Source: Candidatus Dojkabacteria bacterium
GTDB lineage: Bacteria; Patescibacteriota; Dojkabacteria; JAHIVN01
Reading direction: 5' to 3'
Length of the DNA: 64,000 nucleotides
NCBI GenBank assembly: GCA_016932045.1
Contig: JAFGDO010000032.1
Span: 21,599 to 85,598, forward strand
Shown here in pieces: positions 29,106-38,559 of the stretch. The notes under the pieces are model-generated. The model did not search any database. It worked only from the letters and a program-made list of their open reading frames with translations, and was not told the origin of the DNA. How positions within the stretch are numbered: position 1 is the stretch's first letter; every line of letters begins with the position of its first letter. The translations under genes were made by a program, and so were the position numbers.

Positions 29106-31334
29106 TTATTCCTCCTCCTTCTTTGATCTAGCCAGAAATTCTTCAGGATCACCAACTAGAACTTTGCGAGGTTTGCTTCCTTCCTGCTCCCCTACCACAC
29201 CGTGCTTTTGAAGCTCATCAAGAAGCCTCGCTGCTCTATTGTAGCCGATACTTAATTTCCTTTGCAGAAGTGATGCTGAACCTTTTTTAGCATTACAAAC
29301 AATCCTTACTGCATCTGCAAAATGCTCATCATCTGAAAACGCAACCGATTCAAAAGCCGAAGGAGAAGCATTCGGATCAGCTTGTCTTTGAGTTACTTCG
29401 GATGCATAATGAACTTCTTTTGCCTGGGATCGCGCAAATTTCACAACTCTTCTCACCTCATCCTGTGATACCCATACACCCTGAACCCTATATGGTTTCG
29501 CCTTATCCGGTTCCTTAAATAACATGTCTCCCCGTCCAAGAAGAGTCTCAGCTCCAACCTGATCAAGAATCACTCTTGAGTCAATCTGGGTAGCAACACT
29601 CATCCCGACTCTTCCAGGAATATTTGCTTTTATGAGTCCCGTGATGACATCTACGGATGGCCTCTGTGTTGCAAGAACAAGATGAATACCAGTTGCTCGA
29701 GCCTTCTGGGCAAGCTTTACAACAGCAGTCTCAGTCTCGGCACCCGAGGAAAGCATAAGGTCTGCCATCTCATCAATAACAATCATGATATACGGCATAG
29801 CTGCAAATCCCATCTTGTCATTGTAGTCGCTTATATTTCTTACATGCGAATATCTAAATATCGTATACCTTTTTTCCATTTCTACTATGGCCCATTTAAG
29901 AGAATTTAAAACTTTCTGCATATCGGTTATTACCGGAGTCAGAAGATGCGGTATCCCATCATAATCAGAAAGCTCCACTTGTTTTGGATCAACCATAATC
30001 ATGCGCACTTCATCCGGAGATCTCTGCATAAGAAGACTGATGATAAAACTGTTTGTAAGCACTGATTTACCCGAACCGGTTGCCCCAGCAACGAGAAGAT
30101 GCGGCATTTTCTGTAAATCCGTAATGACAACTCTGCCGTCTATTCTTTTTCCTACTGAAACCGGGAGTTTCATATTGTTTGATTTCATCTCCGAGGATTC
30201 TACAAGTTCCCGGATGTAAACCGTTTCTTTTTCGACATTCGGGATTTCAATACCTACATAACTTGTTCCGGGAATTGGAGCTTCAATTCTCACCGCTCCT
30301 GTAGGAGCTGCAAGAGCCAGTGCAAGGTCGGTTTTAAGATTTGAAATTCTTGCTACTTTTGTACCTAGTGCAATGTTTAATGCATACTGTGTTACCGTGG
30401 GACCGACCATTACATCTACAACCTTTGCCTTTACACCAAAGCTTTGCAACGTCTGTTCAATAATATCCGCGTTCTTTTTAACATCCTCAGTATCCTTTTT
30501 GGTTTTAACTGGTGGCGAAAGCAGACTTACAGGCGGCAGTTTCCAGTTCGGATAGTTCAAGGATTTATTTACAAGAGCCCCCTCTATTATTTCTTCCTTC
30601 ACCTCAGTTTTTGTTTTGATATCTTCACCTTCATCGTCTTCCCCCATTGTTTCTTCTTCCGGGATACCCTTCCCTGTGTCTTCCTCTTTTACTTCCTTTT
30701 CCTGTTCTTGTCGCAAGTCACCAATCATCCTATCTTCACTATCCGTCCTCTTCTCTTCAAGTTCCAACTGCTCCTTTTGTTTATCTTTAATCTTTTGATC
30801 CATGTTTTGAAAGGCCTCCCTAATCTTTGAGACACCTTTACCGATAAATGTAACCATCTGACCGATTGATATACCAAGAGTAAGGGAAACAGATATAACT
30901 GATAAAAGGATAAGGATTAGAAATCCTCCTTCCCTGGCAAATATATCTATTAAATAGACATGGGTAATATAATACCCGAGTATCCCTCCGCCACTACCCA
31001 CTTGAGCTTCAGCTATAGCAACATCACTATCAATAAAAAAGTGGAAAAAACCAGCAGCAGTCAAAAAAAGAAGTAGTTGTCCAACGAGCGAACTTGTTTT
31101 GGTTAATTGATATTCAACCCTAAACATTTTTAATGCAAGATTCCCAAAGAATACGAATGCAACAAGTGTGGCCTGACCCAAATACCTGCGAATCAGATCA
31201 AGTCCTGGAGAATCAATGAAGTAGCTGAGCGCCAGAAGCGCAGCTGCAATAAGACTTAGGATGCCTATCACATTCTTTGTTTCATCACTTTGAATTGTTA
31301 TCTCGCGTTTTCTTGGTCTTCCCCGTCGTGCCAC
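29106..31334 (-). CDS. ftsK: DNA translocase FtsK/SpoIIIE
   Basis: 742 aa. N-terminal TM helices, an acidic linker, Walker A GATGSGKS, and a C-terminal gamma winged-helix LLQRKLSIGYNRAARLLDELQKHGVVG. Confidence 0.9.
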   Translation of the reverse strand: MARRGRPRKREITIQSDETKNVIGILSLIAAALLALSYFIDSPGLDLIRRYLGQATLVAFVFFGNLALKMFRVEYQLTKTSSLVGQLLLFLTAAGFFHFFIDSDVAIAEAQVGSGGGILGYYITHVYLIDIFAREGGFLILILLSVISVSLTLGISIGQMVTFIGKGVSKIREAFQNMDQKIKDKQKEQLELEEKRTDSEDRMIGDLRQEQEKEVKEEDTGKGIPEEETMGEDDEGEDIKTKTEVKEEIIEGALVNKSLNYPNWKLPPVSLLSPPVKTKKDTEDVKKNADIIEQTLQSFGVKAKVVDVMVGPTVTQYALNIALGTKVARISNLKTDLALALAAPTGAVRIEAPIPGTSYVGIEIPNVEKETVYIRELVESSEMKSNNMKLPVSVGKRIDGRVVITDLQKMPHLLVAGATGSGKSVLTNSFIISLLMQRSPDEVRMIMVDPKQVELSDYDGIPHLLTPVITDMQKVLNSLKWAIVEMEKRYTIFRYSHVRNISDYNDKMGFAAMPYIMIVIDEMADLMLSSGAETETAVVKLAQKARATGIHLVLATQRPSVDVITGLIKANIPGRVGMSVATQIDSRVILDQVGAETLLGRGDMLFKEPDKAKPYRVQGVWVSQDEVRRVVKFARSQAKEVHYASEVTQRQADPNASPSAFESVAFSDDEHFADAVRIVCNAKKGSASLLQRKLSIGYNRAARLLDELQKHGVVGEQEGSKPRKVLVGDPEEFLARSKKEEE

Positions 31335-31664
31335 TCAGAACTAATTAAAAATTAAGAATTATAAATGAACAGCATAACAATACTACAATGGAACAATGAA
31401 ATAATACTACAATCTAGCTATCCAACAAATTACCTGCCTAACTATTTATCCACTATCTGTTCGCTGTTTACCTTCATTATAACAGTCAGGGCAAACTAAT
31501 CACAAGAACTACTGCTGGCATTTGAATCATAGGCCAAGTGATAATTTTTGTCTAGTCGAGAAAGGATAAACAAATGAGTCTATTTGTAAAAAAAAGATGA
31601 ATTGATTATTATAGTCGCATAAAGTAAGTTAGTTGCGTAAATATCATTACATAATTTCTTCTTT

Positions 31665-33452
31665 ATGAATCCTAAACTTATGAAAAAAAGAACTGTCTTC
31701 CCACTTCTTCTAATAGTAATTGGAGTATTAGGACTTGGGACAGCTATCTATATAGTACTAAGTCCTGAAAGTTTAGATATCAGAGAAGAGGCTGCTGGGG
31801 GAAGAATTATCAGAGTATGCTCAACAGGCTGTGATTTTGGTGATATAAACCAAGCCTTTGCAGCTGCACAAGATAATGACACCATATTTCTAGATACAAA
31901 CACATACGATGGCATGGGAGTACTCTCAAGTAGTGCCTCACTTAAGCTTCCCGATTCAGTAACGAATTTAACCATCAAGGGGAAAGGCAGAGATTCAACT
32001 ACATGGAAACTATCCTTTGATGCAGGAGGCAATGGTCATCTTTTACACATCGAAAAGTTAAACGGAGTAACGGTAAATATTCAGGACATTACGTTTAAAG
32101 AGAACAAACATTCAAACTCAAGTGTTCATATCTATGGGGACAATGCTAACTGTACTTTTAACTTCTCCAGTGTTGCAGTTACAGGAAGTAAAGCTGCAGG
32201 CATCTACTACGATGGAAAAAATACTGGAACAGTCTCGAGTTCTTACTTTGCTTCAAATGAATGGCCTGGTGTTTCTATTCATGGACAAGCCAGGGTGACT
32301 ATTACCGATAGTACGTTTGAGAAACACGAGCACCAGGGTGTTGATGTGAAGGATAGTGCCAATGCTGACATTTCAAACTGTGAGTTCACTGGAAACAATA
32401 AAAAGTATGATGAAAAAGACGCAGATAATAACACTTTTACATCTGGAGCAATTCAATTCTATGAGAACTCAAAAGGATCAATCAAAAACAATAATTTAAA
32501 TAATAATCTTGGCTATAATATAAAGATTGGCAGGGGTTCATACGGCAGCATTACTGATAGTTGTGTTGTAGAAATAATGGGAAATCGTATTTCAAATGCC
32601 AAAAATAAAAGCGGAATTACAATAAATGGCCGTTCTCAAGTTGAGGTAAAGCACAACCTAATTCTAAATAATAACGATTCCGGTGTTAATATAAGTAACG
32701 AATCAAACGTAAAGATTATTAACAATACAATCTATGCTAATGGCGATTCAGGTATATTAGTCTGGGACAACTCTGTAACTCAGGTAAAAAATAATATCAT
32801 TGTGAACGGTCAAGAATATGGAGGAATTTGTGGATGGGATTTTAGTGGTTCGATAGATATTTCCTATAACGACGTTTGGAATAACAAAGATGTGAACTAT
32901 TGTACAGGGGGTAATTCCTCGACAACTGTTTCAGCTGGTACTGGAGATATATCAAAAGATCCCAAATTTGTTTCAGCTAGTGACTTTCACTTACAATCAG
33001 ATTCCCCAGCTATTGACACTGGAGATCCTGACCCTCAGTACAATGATCCTGATGGAAGTAGGAATGATATGGGCGCATATGGGGGACAAGACGCTTGTAA
33101 ACTCGATCCAAATCTTTCCGGCTGTAGCTGTACTCCAAGCTGCACGGGTAAACAATGCGGCCAGGATGATAGCTGTGGAGGTAAATGTACAGGCTGTCCT
33201 TCGGGTCAGACCTGCAATACTACTTCCTGGCAATGTGAAGCTGGAGCAAGTAACTGTCGTATGGCTGATGTATGGGGACCAGACAAAAAGCCCGATGGGA
33301 AGATTAATATCTATGACTTTTCTTACATACAGGGAAAATGGAAAACAGCTGACACAAAAGCAGATATCTGGGGACCCGAACAGAAAGCCGATGGAAAAGT
33401 TAATATCTATGATATTTCTAAAGTTTCTGGCTGCTGGAAGGCAAGTATATAA
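31665..33452 (+). CDS. secreted right-handed parallel beta-helix protein with a Cys-rich module and a C-terminal dockerin-like duplicated Ca-loop segment
   Basis: Signal/TM VFPLLLIVIGVLGLG; repeated N-x-I/V beta-helix rungs (NNNDSGVNISNESNVKIINNTIYANGDSGILVWDNSVTQVKNNIIVNG); Cys-rich SGCSCTPSCTGKQCGQDDSCGGKCTGCPSGQTCN. The extreme C-terminus holds two tandem segments, DKKPDGKINIYDFSYIQGKW and EQKADGKVNIYDISKVSGCW, each fitting the dockerin/EF-hand-like 12-residue loop D-x-x-x-D-G-x-[IV]-N-x-x-D plus a helix. Confidence 0.6.
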   Translation: MNPKLMKKRTVFPLLLIVIGVLGLGTAIYIVLSPESLDIREEAAGGRIIRVCSTGCDFGDINQAFAAAQDNDTIFLDTNTYDGMGVLSSSASLKLPDSVTNLTIKGKGRDSTTWKLSFDAGGNGHLLHIEKLNGVTVNIQDITFKENKHSNSSVHIYGDNANCTFNFSSVAVTGSKAAGIYYDGKNTGTVSSSYFASNEWPGVSIHGQARVTITDSTFEKHEHQGVDVKDSANADISNCEFTGNNKKYDEKDADNNTFTSGAIQFYENSKGSIKNNNLNNNLGYNIKIGRGSYGSITDSCVVEIMGNRISNAKNKSGITINGRSQVEVKHNLILNNNDSGVNISNESNVKIINNTIYANGDSGILVWDNSVTQVKNNIIVNGQEYGGICGWDFSGSIDISYNDVWNNKDVNYCTGGNSSTTVSAGTGDISKDPKFVSASDFHLQSDSPAIDTGDPDPQYNDPDGSRNDMGAYGGQDACKLDPNLSGCSCTPSCTGKQCGQDDSCGGKCTGCPSGQTCNTTSWQCEAGASNCRMADVWGPDKKPDGKINIYDFSYIQGKWKTADTKADIWGPEQKADGKVNIYDISKVSGCWKASI

Positions 33453-33509
33453 CAACCTGATTTGAGATTAATTTACACTTTTTGATCTATACTTTATAAT
33501 GAAATAATA

Positions 33510-34136
33510 ATGAAAAAGATTCTGCTCACTACAACACCCTTTATCATTGTCTCTCTGTTCTTGCTCTCGCTTGCTACTGATGTCTGGGGGCAAAGTGCCT
33601 CACTTTACTTTTCACCCTCATCACAATCCGTTAGTTTAAACCAAGAATTTTCAGTGCAAGTTATGATAAATACTAGCGGAGTTAATGTTAATGGCGTTAC
33701 AGCAGATTTTACCTTTCCAACTGATCGCCTGCAGGTTGTAAGTATTGATGATGCAGACAGTGAATTTACACAGGAACTCGAGTCAACTTTTAGTGGCGGA
33801 ACAGTCTATATCTCTCGAGGTACTCCTGGAGGTGAAAGTTTTAATGGAACCGGAAATGTTGCAACTGTTAATTTCAGGGCAACTGGATCGGGAACAGCTA
33901 CTTTAGAATTTACTTCTGATGCTACTGTAACTGATACTGGGGCAAATAATGTTCTGGGAAGCACTTCTTCTGCCACAATCGCCTCTGGATCTTTACCGGC
34001 AGCCGGAGTTTTTGATAGACCGGTAACAATTATTATTGGTGCCTTTGCTTTGATACTTATCTGTATCGGAGTCATAGCTATATTACAGTATAAAAAAGAA
34101 AAAAATCATCAACTTGAGCTGACATCAACCGGTTAG
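33510..34136 (+). CDS. cohesin-like domain surface protein with a C-terminal sorting-signal-like LPAAG + TM + basic tail
   Basis: Signal peptide. Domain NQEFSVQVMINTSGVNVNGVTADFTFPTDRLQVVSID...GTVYISRGTPGG...GNVATVNFRATGSGTATLEFTSDATVTDTGANNVLGS resembles the cohesin (PF00963) pattern. C-terminus SLPAAGVFDRPVTIIIGAFALILICIGVIAILQYKKEK. Confidence 0.45.
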   Translation: MKKILLTTTPFIIVSLFLLSLATDVWGQSASLYFSPSSQSVSLNQEFSVQVMINTSGVNVNGVTADFTFPTDRLQVVSIDDADSEFTQELESTFSGGTVYISRGTPGGESFNGTGNVATVNFRATGSGTATLEFTSDATVTDTGANNVLGSTSSATIASGSLPAAGVFDRPVTIIIGAFALILICIGVIAILQYKKEKNHQLELTSTG

Positions 34137-34165
34137 AGAAATATATTATTCATTAACAAATAAAA

Positions 34166-34894
34166 ATGCTAAACAAAATTAGAGCAGTTATAGTCATACT
34201 CACCGCCATAGTATTTTTAGGCCTCATGCCGATAAATACTTTTGCTTCTGAAGCAAAGCTCGAGTTTAAACGAGTTGAAACAAATAACTCCACTTTAGCA
34301 GTCGATATCTATCTAGATACTGGCAGTATAAATATCAACGCAGTTACCGCCGATTTCACTTACCCTGCTGAAGTACTAAAAGTGAAAAATATCGATATTG
34401 AGAATTCTCTATTTTCTCAGTTTATAGAAAAAGATTATTCACAATCCGGAACTGTTTATATCTCATGTGTTTCCTTTAATGGCATATCAAGAACAGGCGT
34501 AGTAGCAAGGGTAACCTTTGAAATACTTGGGCCTGGCACAGCACAACTCGAGTTCACTCAGGATGTTGCTGTTTTAGACACGGATAGGTCTGTAAACGTT
34601 CTTGGAAGTGCTGAGCCGGTACTCTTCAACGTATCAGAGGACCTTGCTGTCCTTCCACAAACAGGCACAGAAGAACAGATTGCACTTGCAACAGGACTCA
34701 TAGCCTTACTTACTTTAGTAATGATTGCTTTGTTTGCAATTTTCGGTTTTACGATATGGGGAGGCGTATATTTCTCGCTCGGGAAATGGCAAGTTAAAAC
34801 TGAAGGGGGAATAGAGCTAGGCAAAAAAGACGGTAAGGGAAAAGGCGTCAGAAAGGCCACAGCAAAGTCACAGAAAAAGAAAAAAACAAAATAA
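34166..34894 (+). CDS. cohesin-like domain surface protein with an LPQTG sortase-type sorting signal
   Basis: Paralogous to the preceding gene (VTADFTYPAEVLKVKNIDI...GTVYISCVSFNG...VARVTFEILGPGTAQLEFTQDVAVLDTDRSVNVLGS). C-terminal LPQTGTEEQ, then a hydrophobic segment IALATGLIALLTLVMIALFAIFGF and a Lys-rich tail. Confidence 0.45.
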   Translation: MLNKIRAVIVILTAIVFLGLMPINTFASEAKLEFKRVETNNSTLAVDIYLDTGSININAVTADFTYPAEVLKVKNIDIENSLFSQFIEKDYSQSGTVYISCVSFNGISRTGVVARVTFEILGPGTAQLEFTQDVAVLDTDRSVNVLGSAEPVLFNVSEDLAVLPQTGTEEQIALATGLIALLTLVMIALFAIFGFTIWGGVYFSLGKWQVKTEGGIELGKKDGKGKGVRKATAKSQKKKKTK

Positions 34895-35097
34895 CAAAAG
34901 TAATAGGCAAAAGGTATAAGGTAAAAAGTAACCATCCAACCATTTAATTATTCACTACTTTACGACTTCACTATTCAATACTAGTCTGTTCCACTCTTTT
35001 TCTGCTTCCCTGAGTCTACCAAGGGGTTTGCTCTCTCCCATTTGCTATCATTCTCATTCTCATCTACAATTCCACTGATACTAATTACACAAAGTGA

Positions 35098-36132
35098 ATG
35101 AACAAAATCCGCAGTATCCTACAAACATATATTATTGTCGCTTTAGGAATTTGCCACGTTCTACTTATTACGAGATTTGCAATCGACTTTTTAGGAACTG
35201 ATTATAATCATCCCCTACTATTACCAATCTACAACGTCTCTAGCATATTGATAAAACCCTTTGAAGGATCTTTTACGGCAACTGAAGTCGATGGAAGTAT
35301 CCTAAATTATGCTGCCGCTTTGTCTATAGTTGCCTTCATTTTCGTCACTGTTTTTTGTCTCTCTATTATCAGAATAATCTTCAATGAGGACCTCACCAAA
35401 AAAACTTCCAAGCTTGTGAATTTAATATTCATTTCTCTTGAAGTTCTATTGCTCCAGAGAACTGTACTAGAACTTCTAAATGCTCAAACAAGTTCTTATC
35501 TTAGTTTCCTCACAGCAATATCCACTATCTTTACAACACCCATCTCGTTATTAGCCTCAATAACAGGAGAACTTGTAATCGAACTGCAACTTGCGCTCTC
35601 CATGTTACTTTTGGGACTTGTGTGGTTCACAGTCTACAAGTTAGTTGAAGGCGCAGTTCAGGCAGCAGAACGGCTTAAAGAAGAGAAACCCCAGCAAAGG
35701 AAAGTTGTGTATAGAGGACGGGAGATAAGTACTCCAGCCATAGTTGAACCCGAAAAGCCCGCTCCAGAAAAATGGGAACCACAAAAAGAAATACAACCTA
35801 CTCAAGTTCCAGAAGCTCCACAAGAGGTTGAGGAAGTACAGGAAATTGAAGATATAGAACCCGAGAAACCGCTTATTCTTGATCCGACACAAATCCCACA
35901 AGAACCTCAGATATCTTCTGAAGCACCCTTACAGGAGACAAAAGTAAAATTTGTCGAAGAACCTGAACCTAAAAAGAAAAAAGAAATACCTTTCCTTGAG
36001 AAACTTAAGGAAATAAAAAAATCGATCGATGAAAAGATCATATCTGATTCAGAGCCAGAAACGACTAGCCCATTCGAGAAAAAAGGAACCAGCAAAAAGG
36101 GAGACGACACTCAAAAAAGCCCCTTGGGATGA
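35098..36132 (+). CDS. YggT-family-like integral membrane protein (two repeats) with a Glu/Pro-rich C-terminal extension
   Basis: RFAIDFLGTDYNHPLLLPIYNVSSILIKPFEG resembles the YggT motif; a second hydrophobic repeat follows; the tail is EPEKPAPEKWEPQKEIQPTQVPEAPQEVEEVQEIEDIEPEKP. Confidence 0.4.
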   Translation: MNKIRSILQTYIIVALGICHVLLITRFAIDFLGTDYNHPLLLPIYNVSSILIKPFEGSFTATEVDGSILNYAAALSIVAFIFVTVFCLSIIRIIFNEDLTKKTSKLVNLIFISLEVLLLQRTVLELLNAQTSSYLSFLTAISTIFTTPISLLASITGELVIELQLALSMLLLGLVWFTVYKLVEGAVQAAERLKEEKPQQRKVVYRGREISTPAIVEPEKPAPEKWEPQKEIQPTQVPEAPQEVEEVQEIEDIEPEKPLILDPTQIPQEPQISSEAPLQETKVKFVEEPEPKKKKEIPFLEKLKEIKKSIDEKIISDSEPETTSPFEKKGTSKKGDDTQKSPLG

Positions 36133-36221
36133 AGTAATTTTTACTCAATAACTGCGTTATAAATTTTATAAAGTTAAATATCCCAAACTCAGCATCCTTT
36201 AATTTAGTTAATAATTCTTTT

Positions 36222-36413
36222 ATGACTGAAGGATATTATCCAAGGCGTCAACCCACGCGAGAAGAAGCAGCTGCCGCCAAACAAGCACAAATGGAGAAAG
36301 CTCGTGAACTCCTAATCGCACAGTTACAAGCTGAAAATCCAGGATGTGAAATAGTATTCAGTGGAGGAATGATTCAAATCATCCCTCCTGAACAAAACCC
36401 TCCACAGGAATAA
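36222..36413 (+). CDS. hypothetical small protein (63 aa), paralogue of the next ORF
   Basis: Shares the L-Q-x-x-NPGC-x-I pattern (LQAENPGCEIVFSGG) with 36482..36760 (LQKLNPGCRISVWRG). Pro/Gln-rich C-terminus. Confidence 0.35.
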   Translation: MTEGYYPRRQPTREEAAAAKQAQMEKARELLIAQLQAENPGCEIVFSGGMIQIIPPEQNPPQE

Positions 36414-36481
36414 ACTCATCAGAAACTTCCTTCCTATAGTCCATATATTAATATTCTGATCTTTCCATGCTGTAATCTTTC

Positions 36482-36760
36482 GTGCTTAAGAGCGTTAAAC
36501 AGGCAACTATTAAAAATATGGGATTAACTATGACTGAAGAAGGGCCTGACAATGAACAACCTACTCTACCAGAAGGAGCTGTCCCTAGTATGGTAGCTTA
36601 CTTACAGAAATTAAACCCGGGATGTAGAATAAGTGTTTGGCGGGGTGTTGGAGACGAAATGCTGTATAAAGCCATTCCCCTGCCCTCGGAACCTCAGCCT
36701 CCTCCAGAGCCTTCTCAAGGGGAAGGTAAGAAAGGTCCAATCTATATACAAAGGGAGTAA
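36482..36760 (+). CDS. hypothetical small protein (92 aa), paralogue of the previous ORF
   Basis: NPGC motif and a Pro-rich tail PSEPQPPPEPSQ. Confidence 0.35.
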   Translation: MLKSVKQATIKNMGLTMTEEGPDNEQPTLPEGAVPSMVAYLQKLNPGCRISVWRGVGDEMLYKAIPLPSEPQPPPEPSQGEGKKGPIYIQRE

Positions 36761-36800
36761 GTAGGACCCACTTGTCTCACCACCCTGACATACCAACTAA

Positions 36801-38327
36801 TCACTTCACTTTTCGCTTATCTTCATTTCTCTTTCGCCATAGTCTCCAATAAAAGAATACAGGAAACACGACAGTCATAAGAGACATACAGCAAAACCCA
36901 TCAATAAAAACAACCGCTTCATCCTGAGATAAGAATGCAACAAGTATCCCAAAAGGTACAGCTAAGAATAATGAAAGTGTAAGCGAAACTAGCCATACCG
37001 AAGGTATCTGAAGCATGTAAAGAATCACACGGACAGATTTTCTCCTTGCCTTTTTAAGAAGTATTGTTGAAACAGCTATCCATATTGCACTTCCCAAGAA
37101 CAAGAATAACCCTACGCCTATAAACCAAACCATTCCAAACTCGTATCCACCATATCCACCATAATCAACAAGGTCCAAAAATCCCCCAAGAACTAAATAG
37201 GGAAGATACACAAGCAAAACAAAAGGAAGCTCAACCCACTCAGCAAAACTCATGCTGCCATCATTTACTCCTTGATTATCCTTCGCGTCTGCAAATAGTA
37301 CATCATCATCCATCACCTCATATGATAAGTACCCGGCATATAGTTTTGAAATGTACATATCTTTTTCTGGAGTATACCAACTCCCCTTCCCCACCTCTTT
37401 TGTTAATTCTTCAATCTCACTCTTTTTAATCTTTGCGGCATAAGATGTATCAAAATAAGAGCATTCCTCATCATTTTCTCCGTTGCAATAGTCCCTATCA
37501 TAATTATCAACATAAACTTTATGATCATCAAGCACATAGAGCACAACAGATATATCGCGCGAAGCGAGGCCTGTCATCTTCATAGGGTAAATCATATCCG
37601 TCGTCTCGAATGTAAATCGCAAAGGATCCACGGCTCCCTCCTCAAGTTGCTTTTCAACACCGCCCGAGTCAGAAAATTTATTGTTTACCTTAACTGTAAC
37701 AAAGTACCAGTCATCGTCGATATAATCTTGAAAGATTGGTAAAGCATCATCCCACAATTCAGACTGAGATTTTGTAGAACTGAATGGATAATAATCGCCA
37801 TCAGTTTTCTCTCCACTTGGAAGGTTATAATTATTATCTTCCATCCAGTCCCTCAAATCCTCAGGATCCCCGGCTTTCAAAACTGCATAGTCATAAATTC
37901 CTATACTCTCCTCTTCTATAACTTCAACCGTCGTTTCCTCTCTACCAGCATCCAAAGGTGCAGCAAATTCTGCGACACCATACATGGGACCAATGTATCC
38001 ATCACCTCGAATCTTATCAAGTAAATTCTCTTTCGGTCTTGTCAGCTCAGAAAGGTCCTTAAATACAGATGAATCTACCTTTGATATTTCAGGCCTTTCA
38101 GGTAAAGGTACTACCCATCCAAAATCCGAGGCTTTCCCTGAAAAGCTAATGGAAATAACCAAGTCTTCTGTGCCGTCTTTGTAAATAATAAGTGCCTTCT
38201 GTTCAGTTTCATAAACAGGATAATAATCAGGAGGAAGAATCATGCCGTCGGCTCGTACAGGAATTCTAAGTCCTAGAAAAAGAACCCCTGCTGCAAGAAG
38301 AATGGAAACAAGCTTTTTCGCTTTCAT
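36801..38327 (-). CDS. secreted/membrane protein with an N-terminal signal peptide and a C-terminal polytopic membrane region (hypothetical)
   Basis: The ORF track starts at 38381, but the likely start is MKAKKLVSILLAAGVLFLGLRIPVRADG (signal peptide). Acidic extracytoplasmic domain; C-terminal TM helices GMVWFIGVGLFLFLGSAIWIAV, VWLVSLTLSLFLAVPFGILVAFL and MSLMTVVFPVFFYW. Confidence 0.5.
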   Translation of the reverse strand: MKAKKLVSILLAAGVLFLGLRIPVRADGMILPPDYYPVYETEQKALIIYKDGTEDLVISISFSGKASDFGWVVPLPERPEISKVDSSVFKDLSELTRPKENLLDKIRGDGYIGPMYGVAEFAAPLDAGREETTVEVIEEESIGIYDYAVLKAGDPEDLRDWMEDNNYNLPSGEKTDGDYYPFSSTKSQSELWDDALPIFQDYIDDDWYFVTVKVNNKFSDSGGVEKQLEEGAVDPLRFTFETTDMIYPMKMTGLASRDISVVLYVLDDHKVYVDNYDRDYCNGENDEECSYFDTSYAAKIKKSEIEELTKEVGKGSWYTPEKDMYISKLYAGYLSYEVMDDDVLFADAKDNQGVNDGSMSFAEWVELPFVLLVYLPYLVLGGFLDLVDYGGYGGYEFGMVWFIGVGLFLFLGSAIWIAVSTILLKKARRKSVRVILYMLQIPSVWLVSLTLSLFLAVPFGILVAFLSQDEAVVFIDGFCCMSLMTVVFPVFFYWRLWRKRNEDKRKVK

Positions 38328-38559
38328 GTAAGAATTTATAAGAAGTAGAGTTAATAATTTGTAGCACAGGTAAAGAAACATTACAAGAAGAAGAAAGAAT
38401 AGCTAGATAGTTGAATAGTCCCACTTTTAATTATTAATTTTTCATTCTTAAATTAAAATGTTTAGCACTCACTTGACACGAGTGCTAAAATTTATTAAAC
38501 TAAAAATGCTGGTAGTATCAACTATTAGCATATTTATATAAAATTTTATCCTTAATTCC

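Noticed and set aside
30001-30830. Plus-strand ORFs within ftsK (30001..30219, 30373..30555, 30444..30830, 30616..30798)
   Set aside because: Antisense to the FtsK gene. Their Phe/Leu/Ser-rich low-complexity translations reflect the GAA/GAG-rich acidic linker of FtsK on the other strand.
32968-33465. ORFs 32968..33465 (+, alternative frame) and 32997..33455 (-) overlapping the 3' end of the beta-helix gene
   Set aside because: They overlap the Cys-rich and dockerin-like coding segment, whose in-frame translation has clear repeat structure; the alternatives have no features.
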